Shown here piece after piece: positions 28,125-42,699 of a DNA stretch of 64,000 nucleotides. Position 1 is the first letter of the stretch, and each line of letters starts with the position of its first letter. Source of the DNA: Convolutriloba macropyga (taxonomy: Eukaryota); the NCBI RefSeq assembly GCF_964194025.1, contig NC_134473.1:33852001-33916000 (forward strand), read 5' to 3'. The notes under the pieces were generated by a model that was given only the letters and a program-made list of their open reading frames with translations, made no database searches and was not told the DNA's origin. The position numbers were made by a program, and so were the translations under genes.

Positions 28125-29130
28125 CCATACTGAGCTTGACGAAGTTGAGCGTCATCTCCGTTACTTGGTGCAACGAGAGTCTTTTGAAACCAAAAGGAAG
28201 GATCTTCTTGACTACAAATTAGTTAAACGGAGCAGCCAGATTGCTCCACTTTCACCGTGCATCAGTCCAATCGGACTAATCCGCGCCTCGGGCGGCATCG
28301 AGCGGTTAATGCAAGCGGAGTTTAACGTGAAGTACACAATCATCTCAGCTGCAAGTCTCAAAATTGAGTAACATTGCCGTGTGAACTAATGTTTTCTGAG
28401 CGATAGAAGTTTTTTGCGCTGCGTTTAGTGAATGAGTTTTTGACCTTCAAAAGTATTTTTTGACAAACCATACTGAGCTTGACGAAGTCAAGCGTCATCT
28501 CCGTTACTTGGTGCAACGAGAGTCTTTTGAAACCAAAAGGAAGGATCTTCTTGACTACAAATTAGTTAAACGGAGCAGCCGGATTGCTCCACTTTCACCG
28601 TGCATCAGTCCAATTGGACTAATCCTCATACAAATTTTAATTGCTCTCATACATTTTAATTGCTCTCATATAAAGTTTGTAGCAATTATATTAGTCCTGT
28701 CGGTCTTTTTACGACTCGAGGAGGAGTATTGGTTTTCTTAAGGTTTTTTTACCGGAAACTATTCGTTGAGACCATCTTTTGACCTAAAAGTGAAATTGAG
28801 TAACATTGCCGTGTGAAATAATTTTTTCTGAGTGATAGAAGTTTTTTGCGCTGCGTTTAGTGAATGAGTTTTTGACCTTCAAGAGTATTTTTTGACAAAC
28901 CATACTGAGCTTGACGAAGTCAAGCGTCATCTCCGTTACTTGGTGCAACGAGAGTCTTTTGAAACCAAAAGGAAGAATCTTCTTGACTACAAATTAGTTA
29001 AACGGAGCAGCCGGATTGCTCCACTTTCACCGTGCATCAGTCCAATTGGACTAATCCGCGCCTCGGGCCGCATCGAGCGGTTAATGCAAGCGGAGTTTAA
29101 CGTGAAGTACACAATCATCTCAGCTGCAAG
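28125..29130 (+). repeat. Three copies of a Pao pol segment interleaved with two copies of downstream flank DNA (31097-31331)
   Basis: NHTELDEV.RHLRYLVQRESF segment at ~28125, ~28468 and ~28899; the intervening 28362-28467 and 28650-28898 match 31240-31331 and 31097-31331. Confidence 0.9.
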
Positions 29131-32100
29131 TCAACCGTTTGTGAAATTGCTCATTGAAAATATCCATGTAAAGCTTTACAATAAGGGCGTTGAGTACCTA
29201 AGGTCAATTGTTCAGGAACACTATACAGCACTGAACTAAGATCATCTTTCCGTTCCATCACAGCACACCGGTTGAGATGCCGAGAATTCCAAGATGTAAT
29301 TCTGCAACAAATCATGTCTGACTTAACTAAGAAGAGACCTGCTTACCCTTACGGCTTTGACTACTTTGGGCCGATCTGTGTTACTGTCCGCCGTACTACT
29401 GAGAAAGGTGGGGATTCCTCTTCACTTGTCTTACTACCTGCGCTGTTCATGGCAAGATAGTTGCTTCCGTGGACATCAGCTCTTGTGTAACGGGAATTGA
29501 GCGGTTTGTGTTACGTAGGGATACACTTAGAGATGGCACTAACTTCATTGGAGCGGAGAAAAAATTCCTTGAAAATGTTGAAAAGTGGAACCTTGTTAAC
29601 ATTGCAGCTGAGCTCACTCACAAAATTATAAAGTGAAGAATCAATCCACACAGCGCTCCAAATCAGGAGTTATCTGAGAGAGGTTGCTACGCATCTTCAA
29701 GAGCATGTTGTATACTATTCATGGCACGCGTTGCCTCACAGATGAGGTGCGGCATACTACCTTTTGTCTCGTGGAGCATGCTCTCGGTTACCATCCTTAA
29801 TTACACGCATGCGCTGATTCGTGCAATTTAAACGCTATAACGCCCAACCACTATTTTTTGAGGAGAATACTTAACAGGTATCTCATCTCTTGTCGGCAAT
29901 ATTGAATTTGACCATCGTAAACGTTACGCCCGTGCGCAATTGTACGCTAATGCGATCTGGTCCCGTTGGATCAGAGAGTAGTTGCCAACGCTGAACCCAC
30001 GCTCTAAGTGGCAGACGCCGAGCGACACCTTAAGACTGGTGAATTGGTTTCGAATAGTTGAGGAAACCAACCCCAGGGTCTACTATCCTACCGCTCGAAT
30101 TTTGGATCACCGTTGCGGCTCCGATAGCGTCGCGCACTCCTCCGTTTTACGTAAGTCGACCGGTTCACTTGTCCGCCCGCTTTTAAAGCTTGTACAATTT
30201 TTCCCCCACATCTTCTTGCGGCTCAGAGATTGTTACAGTGCAAATATGAATGCTTTCTATCGTTATGAACACGTTGTTTTGTATCATTGATAGATGATTG
30301 AATCCTCGAACTACAGTTAATAAAATTGTAGTTAATAAAATGATATATAATGAGTTAATAAAATGGACAGTCTAAAAATGACTTCTAATGCAATTCTTCA
30401 GACAATTGACTTGCATCGATGTTGGCTCAGTATTTGTCTCAAACTCAAGAAGAATGAATAGTGTCGTTAGAAACATATGTTAACTCTAGAATTACTGAAA
30501 ACTGATAAATGATCTAAAACAATAAAAAAGATATTTAAATAAGTAGAAAAATATCATTCTGAGAACAAGTGGTTGGAATAAAGATGTTTTCCTCTAAGCT
30601 CTCAGGGTGACCAAAAAAGAATGACATCAACATATTTTCATTTATTTTAATGCTCAATTAGGTATTGACAAAAATAAGAAATAATTTTTATCAGTATTAT
30701 AGACCATCTTATGTAAATGTTCAGGCCTCTTGTAACTATACATTAATTGGAGAAAGTCATTTGAGTCATCTTTCGGATACGGAAGATGTCGCGTACGCAT
30801 CACTCAGTTCTTATGTCTTCCACCCTTAAACTTTTGCTGGTGACACTCAGCTATCTTCGTCACAACCTTATGAATTAGTGTTCAGAACAATTGTTTTTGT
30901 CAAAACTTCATCAAAAACTGATGCTTTTTCTCAAGCGCAAATACATAACAATTTATGTAAAAAGAACGTTTGAGGCCTTTAAGGCTGTTGACACTGGCTC
31001 TTGCTATTCATTATCATGCATGAGTTTGCCTCTTCAAAAGTTATGTTTCAAAAAGCTTCTTGAAACTGCGAGTTAAGAAGTGGTTCGAATATTCGTTTTT
31101 AATTGATCTCAAATGAAGTTTATAGCAATTATATTAGTCCAGTCTGTCTTTTTACGACTCGAAGAGGAGTATTGGTTTTCTTAAGGTTTTTTGTTACCGG
31201 AAGTACTATTCGTTCACACCATCTTTTGACCTAAAAGCGAAATTGAGTAACATTGCCGTGTGAACTAATTTTTTTTGCGCTGCGTTTAGTGAATGAGTTT
31301 TTGACCTTCAAGAGTATTATTTTTTGACAAAATGGCAGATATAGATAACAGTTTTAGCCGCTTTTTCGTCAAAGTGGCCCAAATTTTTTGCTTGTAATGT
31401 AGATTTTTGTGGAACTAAACTTTTTTCGATGCTCTACTGAAGTGTAAACCTCGGACACTGATACCACAGTGTATTGCAGAGCTTGAAAATGCGTTTGAAG
31501 TTCAAAATTGGCACAGATTTCTTGATTTTTTTATGTAATTTTTGGCTTTTCTAGTAATTTCTTCATTTTTCGATCTTTCACCCGTCTTTTTGTCAAAAAT
31601 CAGTTAATATAGCAACTTCCTTTTGATAATTGATATATTCAACGCCTCTTTCTACCTCAATGTAATTTTGTAATATGAAATTGCAGATAAGCTAATCCGA
31701 TTTCGGTAGCTTTTTTCCAATTTTTCTCAGTTTTTGTTTGTATTTTGTTTTTGATTTCTAGAAATAGTCTTTTTCTTCAATATGAGGGTCTTTAATTTCA
31801 TATCAATGAAAATTCAATCATTTGGTGGCATTAATTTTAGAAAAACAGTTGAATTTTTTTCATAAATCAGTCTCAAAATTTTATAGAACACTTTTTTGCA
31901 AAATATTTCAATTTTCGTATGTTTGAGAGCTGCTTTTTCTTTTTCTTTTGTTTTGTTTCAATGAATCTTTGTGTCAGATGACTCGATGTCTTTTCTATGT
32001 CTCGAATGCTGAACAATGAAATGCATTCGTTTCTCTTGATTTTTTAATTTGACTTCTAACTTTCAAAAATCAAGGATTAGTTTTTTTGTAACGGCGTTCC

Positions 32101-34425
32101 TTACATTTTGTCCATATTCGTCACAGTCTAGTTTGTATCATTGTAGCTTTGTCCTGGCATCTACATTTTTATTAGTTGTATTGATTTCTTCAGTTGTTAA
32201 AATTTGAATGATTTCAACATTTTCTTAGAGTTTCGTTGTTTCTTTGGTTTGCAATTGATTCGATTCATCATAAGGCAGTACTTCGAATTTGCTAAAACAA
32301 CTTTTTCCAAAACTCCCCCTTGTTAATTTTTCTTACACGTTTCTGCAGGTCTTGATATTGTTTTTAAACGAATTTTTGCTTTTGATTATACTTCTGTTGC
32401 TTATGTCTTTTCTATGATAAATTTAATTTTTGAAGCAGTATAAAAGCATGTTGTCCAAATTAAATACATCTAGAAAGAACTATCTGTTGTTTTTTGTCGA
32501 CATCGCAGTGATTGAAAATCTAATTGTGATTGTTTTCTGAATCTTAACTTTGAGCATTCTTGTTATGCAAAATTAAGCTAGCTTCTAAGATTTTTGTCTG
32601 CCGTTTGCTTTCGCGATCTTTTTGAGATTAGAATCATGAATTGATTGAGGGTAAGTGATAGCCCTGTCAATGTTTTCAGCTGATCAGTATTTTGACCATC
32701 CTGATTTTTTCGGTGTTTTTAAACGTTACCAAACAATTTCAAAAATATAAAATTTTGCTGCATTTTGTTTCTCTTGGTGGCAGTGGTTTACATTTCACCA
32801 TTTTTTAGATCAAACCAGGGAAGCTAGTTAGTTAACGTTTAATGTTTGATACTAAAAATAATGACTTCAACTGCAATTACGGTTTTTTTGCATTAAGTTT
32901 TGAAGCCTCGAGTCGCTTCCGGAAATCTTCCCGCGACGTTTTTTACACGGTTTTCAGCATGACCGGTTTTTCGTTAGACGCTTTTGACTTGACTTTTTGT
33001 CTTCAAAAAACAGAATGCGCCCAGCGGGCATTAGGTGCTGTTAGAGACTTTCAGCTCTGTTCAGCTCAAACTGTTTTGGAGACCTATACTTAGGTGTTAT
33101 GGGCGTTTATTAAGAGGTTGAAGACCCCTCAACTGTTGACCAACCCCCCACTAACGCCCTCACCCCCCGGGCTGTTACCTCACTGTTGCCAACCTCCATC
33201 AGCCCGCGATGCATGCCCACCCTCCCTCCCGTTTCTAGCTAATGACAAACAACCGCTCGCTAAAAACACCCAAATTTATACTAATTGGCAAAATGTTTTT
33301 CAAACTTTTTGAAAATGTTTGACGTTTTTTTATTTTTATTTGCGCTAGCTGTCAAAAAACCTCCTGTAGATCTTATTAAAAGGTTACTGCATAATTTCTA
33401 GAGGTAAAAGAATGGTTTCAACAATTCAAAATCACGAAATTTAGCAATTTTTGACAAAACGTGCAATTTTTTTCAATTTTTTTCACATTTATTTTTTCCT
33501 TATTCAAGTATTTCTAGACCCAGGGGCAGAAAACTTGCTAAGAGGTCAGATAATAGGCTACTGACAAATTTTTGTGAAAATTTTTTTGTTTTGAACTCTT
33601 TGATGTCTCAACTTTTAACAATTTTTTTAAAGAAAGTTGCTTTTTTAATATTTTTTTTCATTTTTGTCATTTTTTTAATAAAATTATAAATTTTATCCTG
33701 AAGAGCCGCGAAATTTCCTCAAGGGTTTTAAAAAACTTTATTCCAATTCATAGATGTAATGGGAAGTTTTTCAATACTTTAATATAATGAATTTGAGCAA
33801 TTTTTAAGATTTTTGCGATTCGCTCAAGTTTTTGAGTTTTTTCCAGCACCTGGGGCCCCGAGACCTGCTCCAAGATTTGAAAATAAACTGTTGCATAGTT
33901 TTCAGAGTTAATGGAATGATGATCAATTTTTTCATGCCTCCAGTTTTAGAAATTTTGGATAAAGTTTGAAGTTTTTTTCAAATTTTTGGGAAGTTTTTAT
34001 CATGTTACAAGTGTATGGATCATTAAGCCAGCGAAACTATTTCAGGCTTGAAACAAGAATACTTGATAGTCACTTGAGACAATAAAAGTGTCCTTCAGTT
34101 TTTAATATCAAGGATTTGAGGAAAATTTTGTCTAATTTTGCAATTAATTCCTAAGTTTTCGAATAATTTATGTCCTTTTCTGAAAATAAAACCCATTAAT
34201 GAGATGAGTTACTTGACACAAATTTTAAGACAAAAATGATTCTGATTTTTTTATTGTAAAACTGAAAACTTATGACTTTTTTAAGAATTTTTCAATTTTG
34301 TCCAAATGGTTCATTTACTAACATGTCTAGAAGACTAGTAGTTGCAGAGTCTAATCCAATCATAGAAAAAATTTCTATCTCTCTTTTTCTCTCTGTCGGC
34401 TAGGGTTTCTTTCCTTTTTTCATCT

Positions 34426-34586
34426 NNNNNNNNNNNNNNNNNNNNNNNNNNNNNNNNNNNNNNNNNNNNNNNNNNNNNNNNNNNNNNNNNNNNNNNNNNN
34501 NNNNNNNNNNNNNNNNNNNNNNNNNNNNNNNNNNNNNNNNNNNNNNNNNNNNNNNNNNNNNNNNNNNNNNNNNNNNNNNNNNNNNN
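34426..34586. other. Assembly gap (161 N)
   Basis: Run of N. Confidence 1.
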
Positions 34587-37500
34587 GCTGATGTTATGTG
34601 GGGTAATGTCATCATCTCCGATACTCATTAACAGTGAGTTATAGTAGAACTGGTTTTTATCATAAATGACTTAACAGGAGATTTTTAGGGAATCATTGTT
34701 AATTGTTCTCAAAACCAATTTGTATCAATTATATTAATCTTGTTTGTCTCTTTTATGCAGTTTTTCGCTTGAAGAATTTTTCGTCCGACTTATTCGTCTT
34801 CAGAAATAGGATATAAAGATAACGCCTAGTTTGCAAAAAGTTCTCTTAAATTTGTTCAGCGCACTATTTTTCAAGTATGCGAATAACAGAAATTGTTTTG
34901 GAGACTTATACTTATGGTGTGAAGAGCGGCTCGTAGAAATTGATCCCACAACCCCACCCACCCACCGCACCCCATTAGTGCTCTCAATCCATTTTGCACT
35001 CCCGTTGAGGTGCACCCCGCTGCGCTCATCTTACGCTTCATCAGTTAATCTGAAGCTAGCCTCACTAAACAGTGGCTAGCTACTGACAAAGCCAACCGCT
35101 CGCCGGTCGTTTGAGAGCAATCCGCCAGACGTTAGTCGGTTATGTTTTTTTTTATTTCTTATGAAATTTCTTCAATTTGTCCTGTTGAACAGAAATTTGC
35201 TATGTCCCATCCTTTTTAAGTTCCTCCTGAAGAAAAATATCAAGTTTTACTTGAGTTTTTAGTGTCATTTTGACGTAAGTTTAGAAAGTAAGTTTTGCAG
35301 AAAAAAACAACTAACGCTTAAAATGGCAGATTTTGCAGCTTTATCAGGCTATTAAAAAACTGGATGACTGACTCGTTTTTTTACCTTTATCAAACCATAA
35401 AACATGAGCGGCCTAAACTCCTCCTGAGTCTCAGGTAATTTCACGATTAATTGTACCTAGTTCCGTTAATTGTCGCACACTGTTTTTGTTTTGCATTTCT
35501 TTGTTTTTTTTAAGTTGACCAGTGTTTTCAAAGTTTCACCTAGTTTACTACAATTTTTTTGACATTAAAAAACAACACCATTTTTTGGATTAGTCTGACG
35601 GAAAGATTCTTCTAAAAAATCAATAAGTTTATTAAATGTTTTATCCAATGGGAAAAGCTTTGCGTATGGTGTTGCCTTCCAATAAGTTTCAACGATTAAG
35701 TAACACCACCTTTTTTCACCATCGGTGTTTAATTTTACTAGAGAAAATGAGTAAAAAAACTTGATTAGTTTTTGAAGCTATTCAATTTGATTAGTGCAAA
35801 TTAGGAGAAAGAAAAAAGCTTCGAGTCCTATTATTTAGTGTTAAAAACATAAGATACTCTTTTGAATTTGGACTCAAAAGTTGTCCAACCTTCTAACACT
35901 TGAAGCTTTGTTCCCGGCAAAATAGTATTTTGAGCTGGAAGAAAGCCTGTATCAGAGAAGCATTTTCTACATTTAGCTACCTTTACGTTGGTCTCGTTGG
36001 AAATTCGAAATTGATGGGAACTCAGTTTTTCAGTTCTGTGAATTAATAAACATTGAAATCGAAGTTCTTGTTCAACATTTTAGTGAAGAGCAGTACGTTT
36101 TATGTACTTTTGTACTCCAGGAACAAACAAAGAATACTTCTGAATGGTTAATGAAAAAACTTTTTTTTACTCCGTTTTGATTTCTTTTGAACAGTTACAC
36201 CATGCTCAACCCTTAAATTAGACATAATATAATTCCATCCTTAAGATGTAGTTGTTTCTCTATTGTTTGGACACCACCTACAGTTGACTGCTGAGTTTTA
36301 GGTAGATATGCAGTGCATTCAAATTTATTCAATCAATTAATCACATAACACCGGATCGCTTTCTGGGATGTTTTTCAAAATGAATATTATTCTGTTTTCG
36401 TCAGGAGAAAAGAACGTTTTTGCCTGAGTGGGTAAATCAGCGCGACCTTCAAAACAACACAAAAGTAGCTGCTTACTTCACCCATATAGAAGGCAAATAC
36501 TTGCTAGAATGTTGTTTGATTTCTGCCTCTGTCTCTCTAGAGAAGCCCGTTGTTATCTGTAACTTAGATATTAGCCAAGCAGTCCCCCACTTATACCGGA
36601 AGAACTACAGGAAACTTGTTCACGAGAATTTGATTAGCATCAAAAAATTTTCTACTGAAATCAAATTATCAAATATGAAGCTGAATAGGAGTCAAATTCA
36701 AGACACAAAACAACTGGGTATGGAAAACAGTAGCTGCAAAACAAATAATCTGTTTATGACACAACCATTCTGAGCGTATCATGTCATTCTATTGAGAAAA
36801 GCAATCAAATTTTTATGTACAACTGTTCTGAAAGACACGGCAAGCTTCGGTTGGTAACTGATAATGTAGGTAAGTCTATAAGAAGTAACTTTATTGGACC
36901 TTCTCTAAACAAAAGTTAAAACTTCTGCGACCTTTCAGAAGTTGAACCAGAAAGGAAACGCAACGAATCAAATTGTCTGCTGAGTTTTCTACTTTCAAAA
37001 TTTAGATTGGAAATAAATTGAGTCAGCATCCAGTCCATCTTGTAAATCAATTTATTGAAATTATAAACAGATTTGGGATATATGGTAGATAATTAAGTAG
37101 TAAAATCTTCAACCATTGTAAAAATCATCTTTCTCTTGTTTTGATGTTTTTGGTAAAATCAAACACTCCTAAAGTCTAAAAAGTTTCTGATACAATTTTT
37201 TGATTCAATTGGGTGTCTAGCTCTATCGAAACTTGACCATTCTTATCCAGATAGATTTGGACGGTGGCAAAAGTTTTCCCTTCAGAGCTGTTTGCGGCCA
37301 AATCTATTGCTTTTTTTCAGATCCTTTGTATGCTATATGTAAAGTGACAAAAAGTGGTCTTTTTTCTCTTTTGCCTTTTGCAGAAAAAATGCTTGCCTAA
37401 AAGTTGATTGCAATAGATTTTTCACCTCGATGTTCAAGTTGGAGAACCGATTAACAGAAAAACTGGTAGCAGTTAGCTCAACAACATATGAAATAATGAA

Positions 37501-40500
37501 TTAGCGAAACAAAGTCTAGATAAATGCTTCTTTATAGCCCTACAATGACTCAAGAACAGTGCAACGCATATACATATGATCAGAAAACTTGAAAAATGAG
37601 AGGATCGTTTCTTTGGTTAAAAAAATTGAGTTTTTCTTGTAAGAAGCACTTTCTTTCAGAATCACGTTTAATCGTGTGGGTTTTTCCTTAGATGAACTTG
37701 ATAAATTTGCATCCTGACAAAAAAAATTTGCTTAAAAGCGGATGTTTGGGAACTGAAGTCTACCCTGTGTTAATTGAAATCAACTACACTAAAAAACCAG
37801 GAATCCGAATACCTTGAAAAACTACTGAACAAGTCAATGAGGACATTAATGTCGAGGAAGATAGTAGCAGTACAGAACATGGGAAAAAGACTGAAGAACA
37901 ATAGCGGCAGCTTTTGTAAGGCTGATTGTTAGTTTATGTTTTTCAATGCAAAAACTGATTTCATAGGGATTAGTAGCTCCACATTGTCACTTGGCACTTG
38001 TACGTTTCATTCAGGTGAGTAGTCTGTAACCACTTGAGAAGAAATCCCACTCAATTTCAAATGATCATCAAGTCCTAATTTTCCTGAAACTGAAAAAACT
38101 AGTAGCGTCAGAGACGTTGAAGTTGACAAATTTACATTAGTCCAAAAAACTGTGAGCCTTTTGGTAATTTATGAGTCCTACTTTGGCAGTCAGTTAGTGA
38201 AATTAGTTTTTCAAAGTCTCAGTTTGATTTTTGTTTTCCTATGTCAACTGGAAAACAGCTTCCAATATCTATTCAAATCTCCTCTTGCGAATTGTTCCTT
38301 TCCTTGATCCTAGCCCTAGGTGATAGTTCCAGCAAAAATATTCCTATAGCCGGTGATCATTTGAAACCATCACAAAAACTTTCAGAAAATTGCCATCAAT
38401 TGAGTCTTTGAATAAAATCCCGAGAAGAGACAGGCAAAAAGTGACGCATGTTGCCTCTTAACAATCACCAAAAACTCTGGCGTAAGCCCAACGGCATTGG
38501 AAAAATCTTGCTCCGTATCATTGGGAGAAGTAGCAAACAGAGCTTCAAAAATAATTTGCGCTTTCTGGTAGGCAATAGTCAACTTTGCCAGCCACTTAAA
38601 AGTAGCGCTGAATTTATTTGCTTTTTTTCAGCATATATCTGCATATGAAGCCCCGACAATATATCTGCATATGGAGCAATACTCCTAAAGACGTCAAAAA
38701 TGCAACAAATAGTCCCAATGGACATTTACTTCTTGATAACAATAAAGATTTTGTCCTGCTTTAAGTTGTTGAACAGTAAGTTTATACACAATCCTACCGG
38801 ACTTGTTTGTAGCCGGAACCAGTCTGCGCCACAGAACGTACTGCTGCTATACCATTATATGGTACAGCCATAATCCTGCTGAACGTCCTCATGCATAACT
38901 CGAACTTAACACAGAAATGTTACAAGGACAATGGCAGTGTGGAAGGAAAGTTGGAGATAATGCTGAACTTTTTCACTAACCTGTCTTTTCTGATGATTGC
39001 AAGCTTTTGAATTTTCAGTTTCCAACTCACGCTGACAAAATTGCAGCTGCGTGACGTTTTTTGCATTCGGTAATATCCGGAATCAAAAATACACCCGTCG
39101 TTTGCAATTTTTGGGGCACTTACCCATGCCCCCTAATGTGCAGTGGCGAGTTATGCCAACAAGACGGGCAGCGAAATTAGAGATGCGTATGCAATCGTAA
39201 TGTATGTCGTACACTACGCCGTCAAAATTGAGCCTTTATTGCAGATGCTAGAAGGCGAAAGCTTCCGCAAGAATTATACTAGCACTGATGACAACACAAT
39301 GCTCGACTTAATTTAGAAGCAAACAATTTGGATGGTTCTAATTTCAGTAAATGTTTTTTGACGTATAAATTTTTAATGCTGGCATATTGAATCCGAAAGG
39401 AAGCCAAGGAAGCCTGCAAATACCATGGGGCAAATGAACATCTGAAATATTGAGAACGCAATTTGAAGTTTGAACGAAGTATTTTTTCCTTTGCATGAGA
39501 GGGGGCATGGTTGTTTGCAAAAAACAATAAAAAGCAACTAGTAACAACATCCTCTGAAACAAGATGACGCCAACTCGGACATATTAACACATTTTTTCAT
39601 GATTAACAAACACTCAGCGCAATCATCTGTCAGAGACGCTTTTGAACGAGGATCTGAGGTTGGTAATACCGTCAGTTTTCTGTTTGGGGGATTCTATATC
39701 TAAGTAGTGTAGTTGAAAATTAATACTTTCACGCGGCTTCTAGAGATCGTTAATGTGATTTTAAAATACAATGCATTTTTGCTGTAAATTTATAAAAACA
39801 GCTGTGATATTTCAGAGTGAGTGTTGCTGTTCTATCTATTAGGTGCATCGTTCACCTTTTGTTTGTATCTTAATCACCAATATTTAGAATTACAAACATG
39901 TGATATAACTGGAACACTAGTGACGTGACGGAATATAGGGTTCTGATTTTCTTTTAAACCTTGTCCTCTACCCAATGTTTGACATTGTATCGGTAGCATT
40001 TGTTTGCATTGTTTGTCATTCAATGCACATCGTTGCATTCGTACATTTTAACGACGATATGTTTGGTTGAGCCCCTACACAGACATTCATAGTGAAAACA
40101 GAAAGCAAAAAATAGTAATCAGAAAGAGTATGAGAGAATGTCTGAATGTTATCACTAGAATTCCAAAACGCTCCTTTTTGGAGCCGTTATCATTGTTATT
40201 CTATAAAAGTTATCGGACTGGCAACAAAACAACTAGCTGAAATTAGGCTTATGCGGACAATAAAAAGTTGATAAAGAACGCCAAATAAAAGAAAAAACTA
40301 CCCTGGAGTGATAGAACCGTGAGCTGCAATTCAACGCCTATATAAAATTTTAAACCAAGTAAACCAGTTTTAAATAGACATTAGTAGGAAAAAAGCATCA
40401 AAAGCAAAGAGGATAGACAGAGAAAAAGATAGAATTTTGAAAAAAAAATAAAAACAAAAATAACCAATATAATCAAATTTATTTCAACTAAATTTATAGA

Positions 40501-41439
40501 AGGATTTTGACCAACACTTTCTTTTTTCTACAATTGTTCCGATCAAAGTTTTTCCTGCAGGTTACCAGTTCAAGAAACGTGCTCGACGAGGCAGAGAATA
40601 GAGCTGCCCAAGATCTTCTTTTGTCCTGAAGCAAGAAATCACATCTAAATAAGAGTACTGTTTGTTATCGCTGATCCTGGAAGTCAGTCTCTCATGGCTT
40701 TTACTGCAAACGGACCGGTTCTTCTTGTACAAGTAATGATTAATGCATAGAAGACAGTTTTCTGCACTTCGATTTTTTCGCTGTTATTTCAGTTTTTTGA
40801 TGAACACCTGATTTTTGTCGGGATCCAGTTTGCTGCTTGGACAGCTCTTAGCATACCAAAACATATTCATATCAAGGTAATATCTGCATAAACGTTATTT
40901 GACGAAGCTCTGAATTTTAATATGTGTTTAATTTTTGTCATCAGTAGTTGTACTTTTTGCGTCGCATATGCGTCCATTAGTCATTTGGGTTATGAGAAAT
41001 ATGCGCTACATTAATTTTGTCGCATGTGCATCCTGACGGTACTTGTACGGGATCCCATGGACAGCCAAGCGCAAACCATCTCTGATCAATTCTTCTTCAG
41101 ATCAAAATAATATAATTTCAATTAAAGTGCGTTTAGCAAGCATGATAATCTTTCTTCCGTTTCCAAATCTAGAGAGTGTGCCTCTTTATCGCAGATCAAA
41201 AACCTTTGCAGTTCTTCTCATAGCCAAAAACTGGCAACAGATGACTTTCAACAAAATCAAAATTCTTTGCTAATTTTTTTCTGACTTTCGTTCTCCGGTT
41301 TTCTAATGATATGAAATTTGATTGCACTAAAATTCTAGCGAATTGATTATAAATTTGATTGTAATCTTAGAGAAAAGTTTGGAGAGCAAAGTTTGAATTT
41401 TTGAGAATGATTGTTATGTCTTTTAATAATGCTCTGCGT

Positions 41440-42230
41440 ACCCAAGCATCAAGACCTAATTGACTATGTCTTGCATTGATTCTCAATCTGGCACAATCTT
41501 TTTCAGAGCCGTACTGTATATCAAAGACCGAATAGTTTCCGATATATTGAGATAACTCTGGACTGCTGGCCGATAGACGGTTGGGTTCTTTTAGGTTATT
41601 GAGGTTAGGGCAAATTCACTATTTCAGTATTTCGCGAACCGTAGAAACATCATGAGACGTCTTCTTCTTTCCAAGCATGTGATCACAAAGTCTGGAAACA
41701 TTTTTCAACCAAAATGGGTCCAAGAACGTGTAAGTTCCGTTACTGAGTCTGTACAAATTGTTTTTTGGGGCGATGTACAACATGTTTTCATAAAACAGCA
41801 AACCAAAACCAACGCACCACTTTTACTGGGGAAGCGAGTTGGGACATTGAAGTGAGTTGTCGGTTTTGTCCTTTGCGTAATGTCTTTATTGCTTAACTGC
41901 CTGTTGCTGATTGACCTCAAAGCAACTTTAATACCTGTTTTAAACTTTTTTGAACTTTTTATCAGACAAGAAACAATAAGATTAATGATTTGTTCGAAAT
42001 GCAATAAGTTTCACCACAATGATTTTCTCGAAATTAATCTTACCATTGTTCAAAAACACGACAGCATTTTGAAAACATATCAAAAAGTGACAGCGTCTAC
42101 CCTAGAGAGCAAGACGTAATAAGCAGAAACGAACAGCTGGTAACAATGAATTGAGCTGAACGTTTTTTGCTCCGAGGGTTTTGGGATGTGCCGAGTGAAA
42201 AGTTTCCTGGTACTGATCTGCTTTAAGAAA
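41440..42230. repeat. Diverged dispersed duplication with 45840-46635
   Basis: Anchors CCAAGCATCA.GACCTAATTGAC, ACAAAGTCTGG, GTTACTGAGTCT, TGTTGCTGATTGACCT, CTCGAAATTAATC in the same order. Confidence 0.75.
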
Positions 42231-42699
42231 CCAAGTCGTCTTATGTGTTGGTCAAAAATAGATAACACCCCTCAGTTTGCAAATTTCTGTCTCCTCAACA
42301 TTTTTCATTAGTTTATGTGCGGTTACTTGAGATAAGGTTCCTAGTCGGATTGAAACTCTTTTTGGATTTTTAAGTAGCATCTTCTGAAAATTGATATAAT
42401 TTCCAGGACATTCACTCAACATGGGTAACCGTGATGAACTCGTAAGAAACCCATGCTCACGAAAGACCTCACATACAATTGCCTGGCATGTTTTACACAA
42501 ATACATCTGATTCCTGAAGCAAAGTCATTCAATCGGTCTCAATTAATAGTAATGAAGCACTCAGTAGCCGAGTGATAATACTTTGGAACCAATGTCTAGA
42601 GAATCTCAAGCGGCATAATTTTATCAGATAATGTACTCTTTCCCTGGAGTACACAATTAGCGGTCAAGACGTTGGCGAAAAGCTTGGAAAAATGACTCA

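Larger units (their letters stand above)
22335..30240 (+). mobile_element. Degenerate BEL/Pao LTR retrotransposon
   Basis: gag LPEW..QYNGNPL*WQE*YGQFKRAIDS (~24710), Cys/His knuckles (25570-25770), protease VFCDIACSNSWV (~25980), RT NPNKPGKV..SLNKSLLTGP (~26830-26925, core deleted), RNase H (~27520), integrase GFDYFGP, FTCLTTCAVH, DGTNFIGA and terminal RPLLKLV; 5' limit uncertain, LTR pair not identified. Confidence 0.9.
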
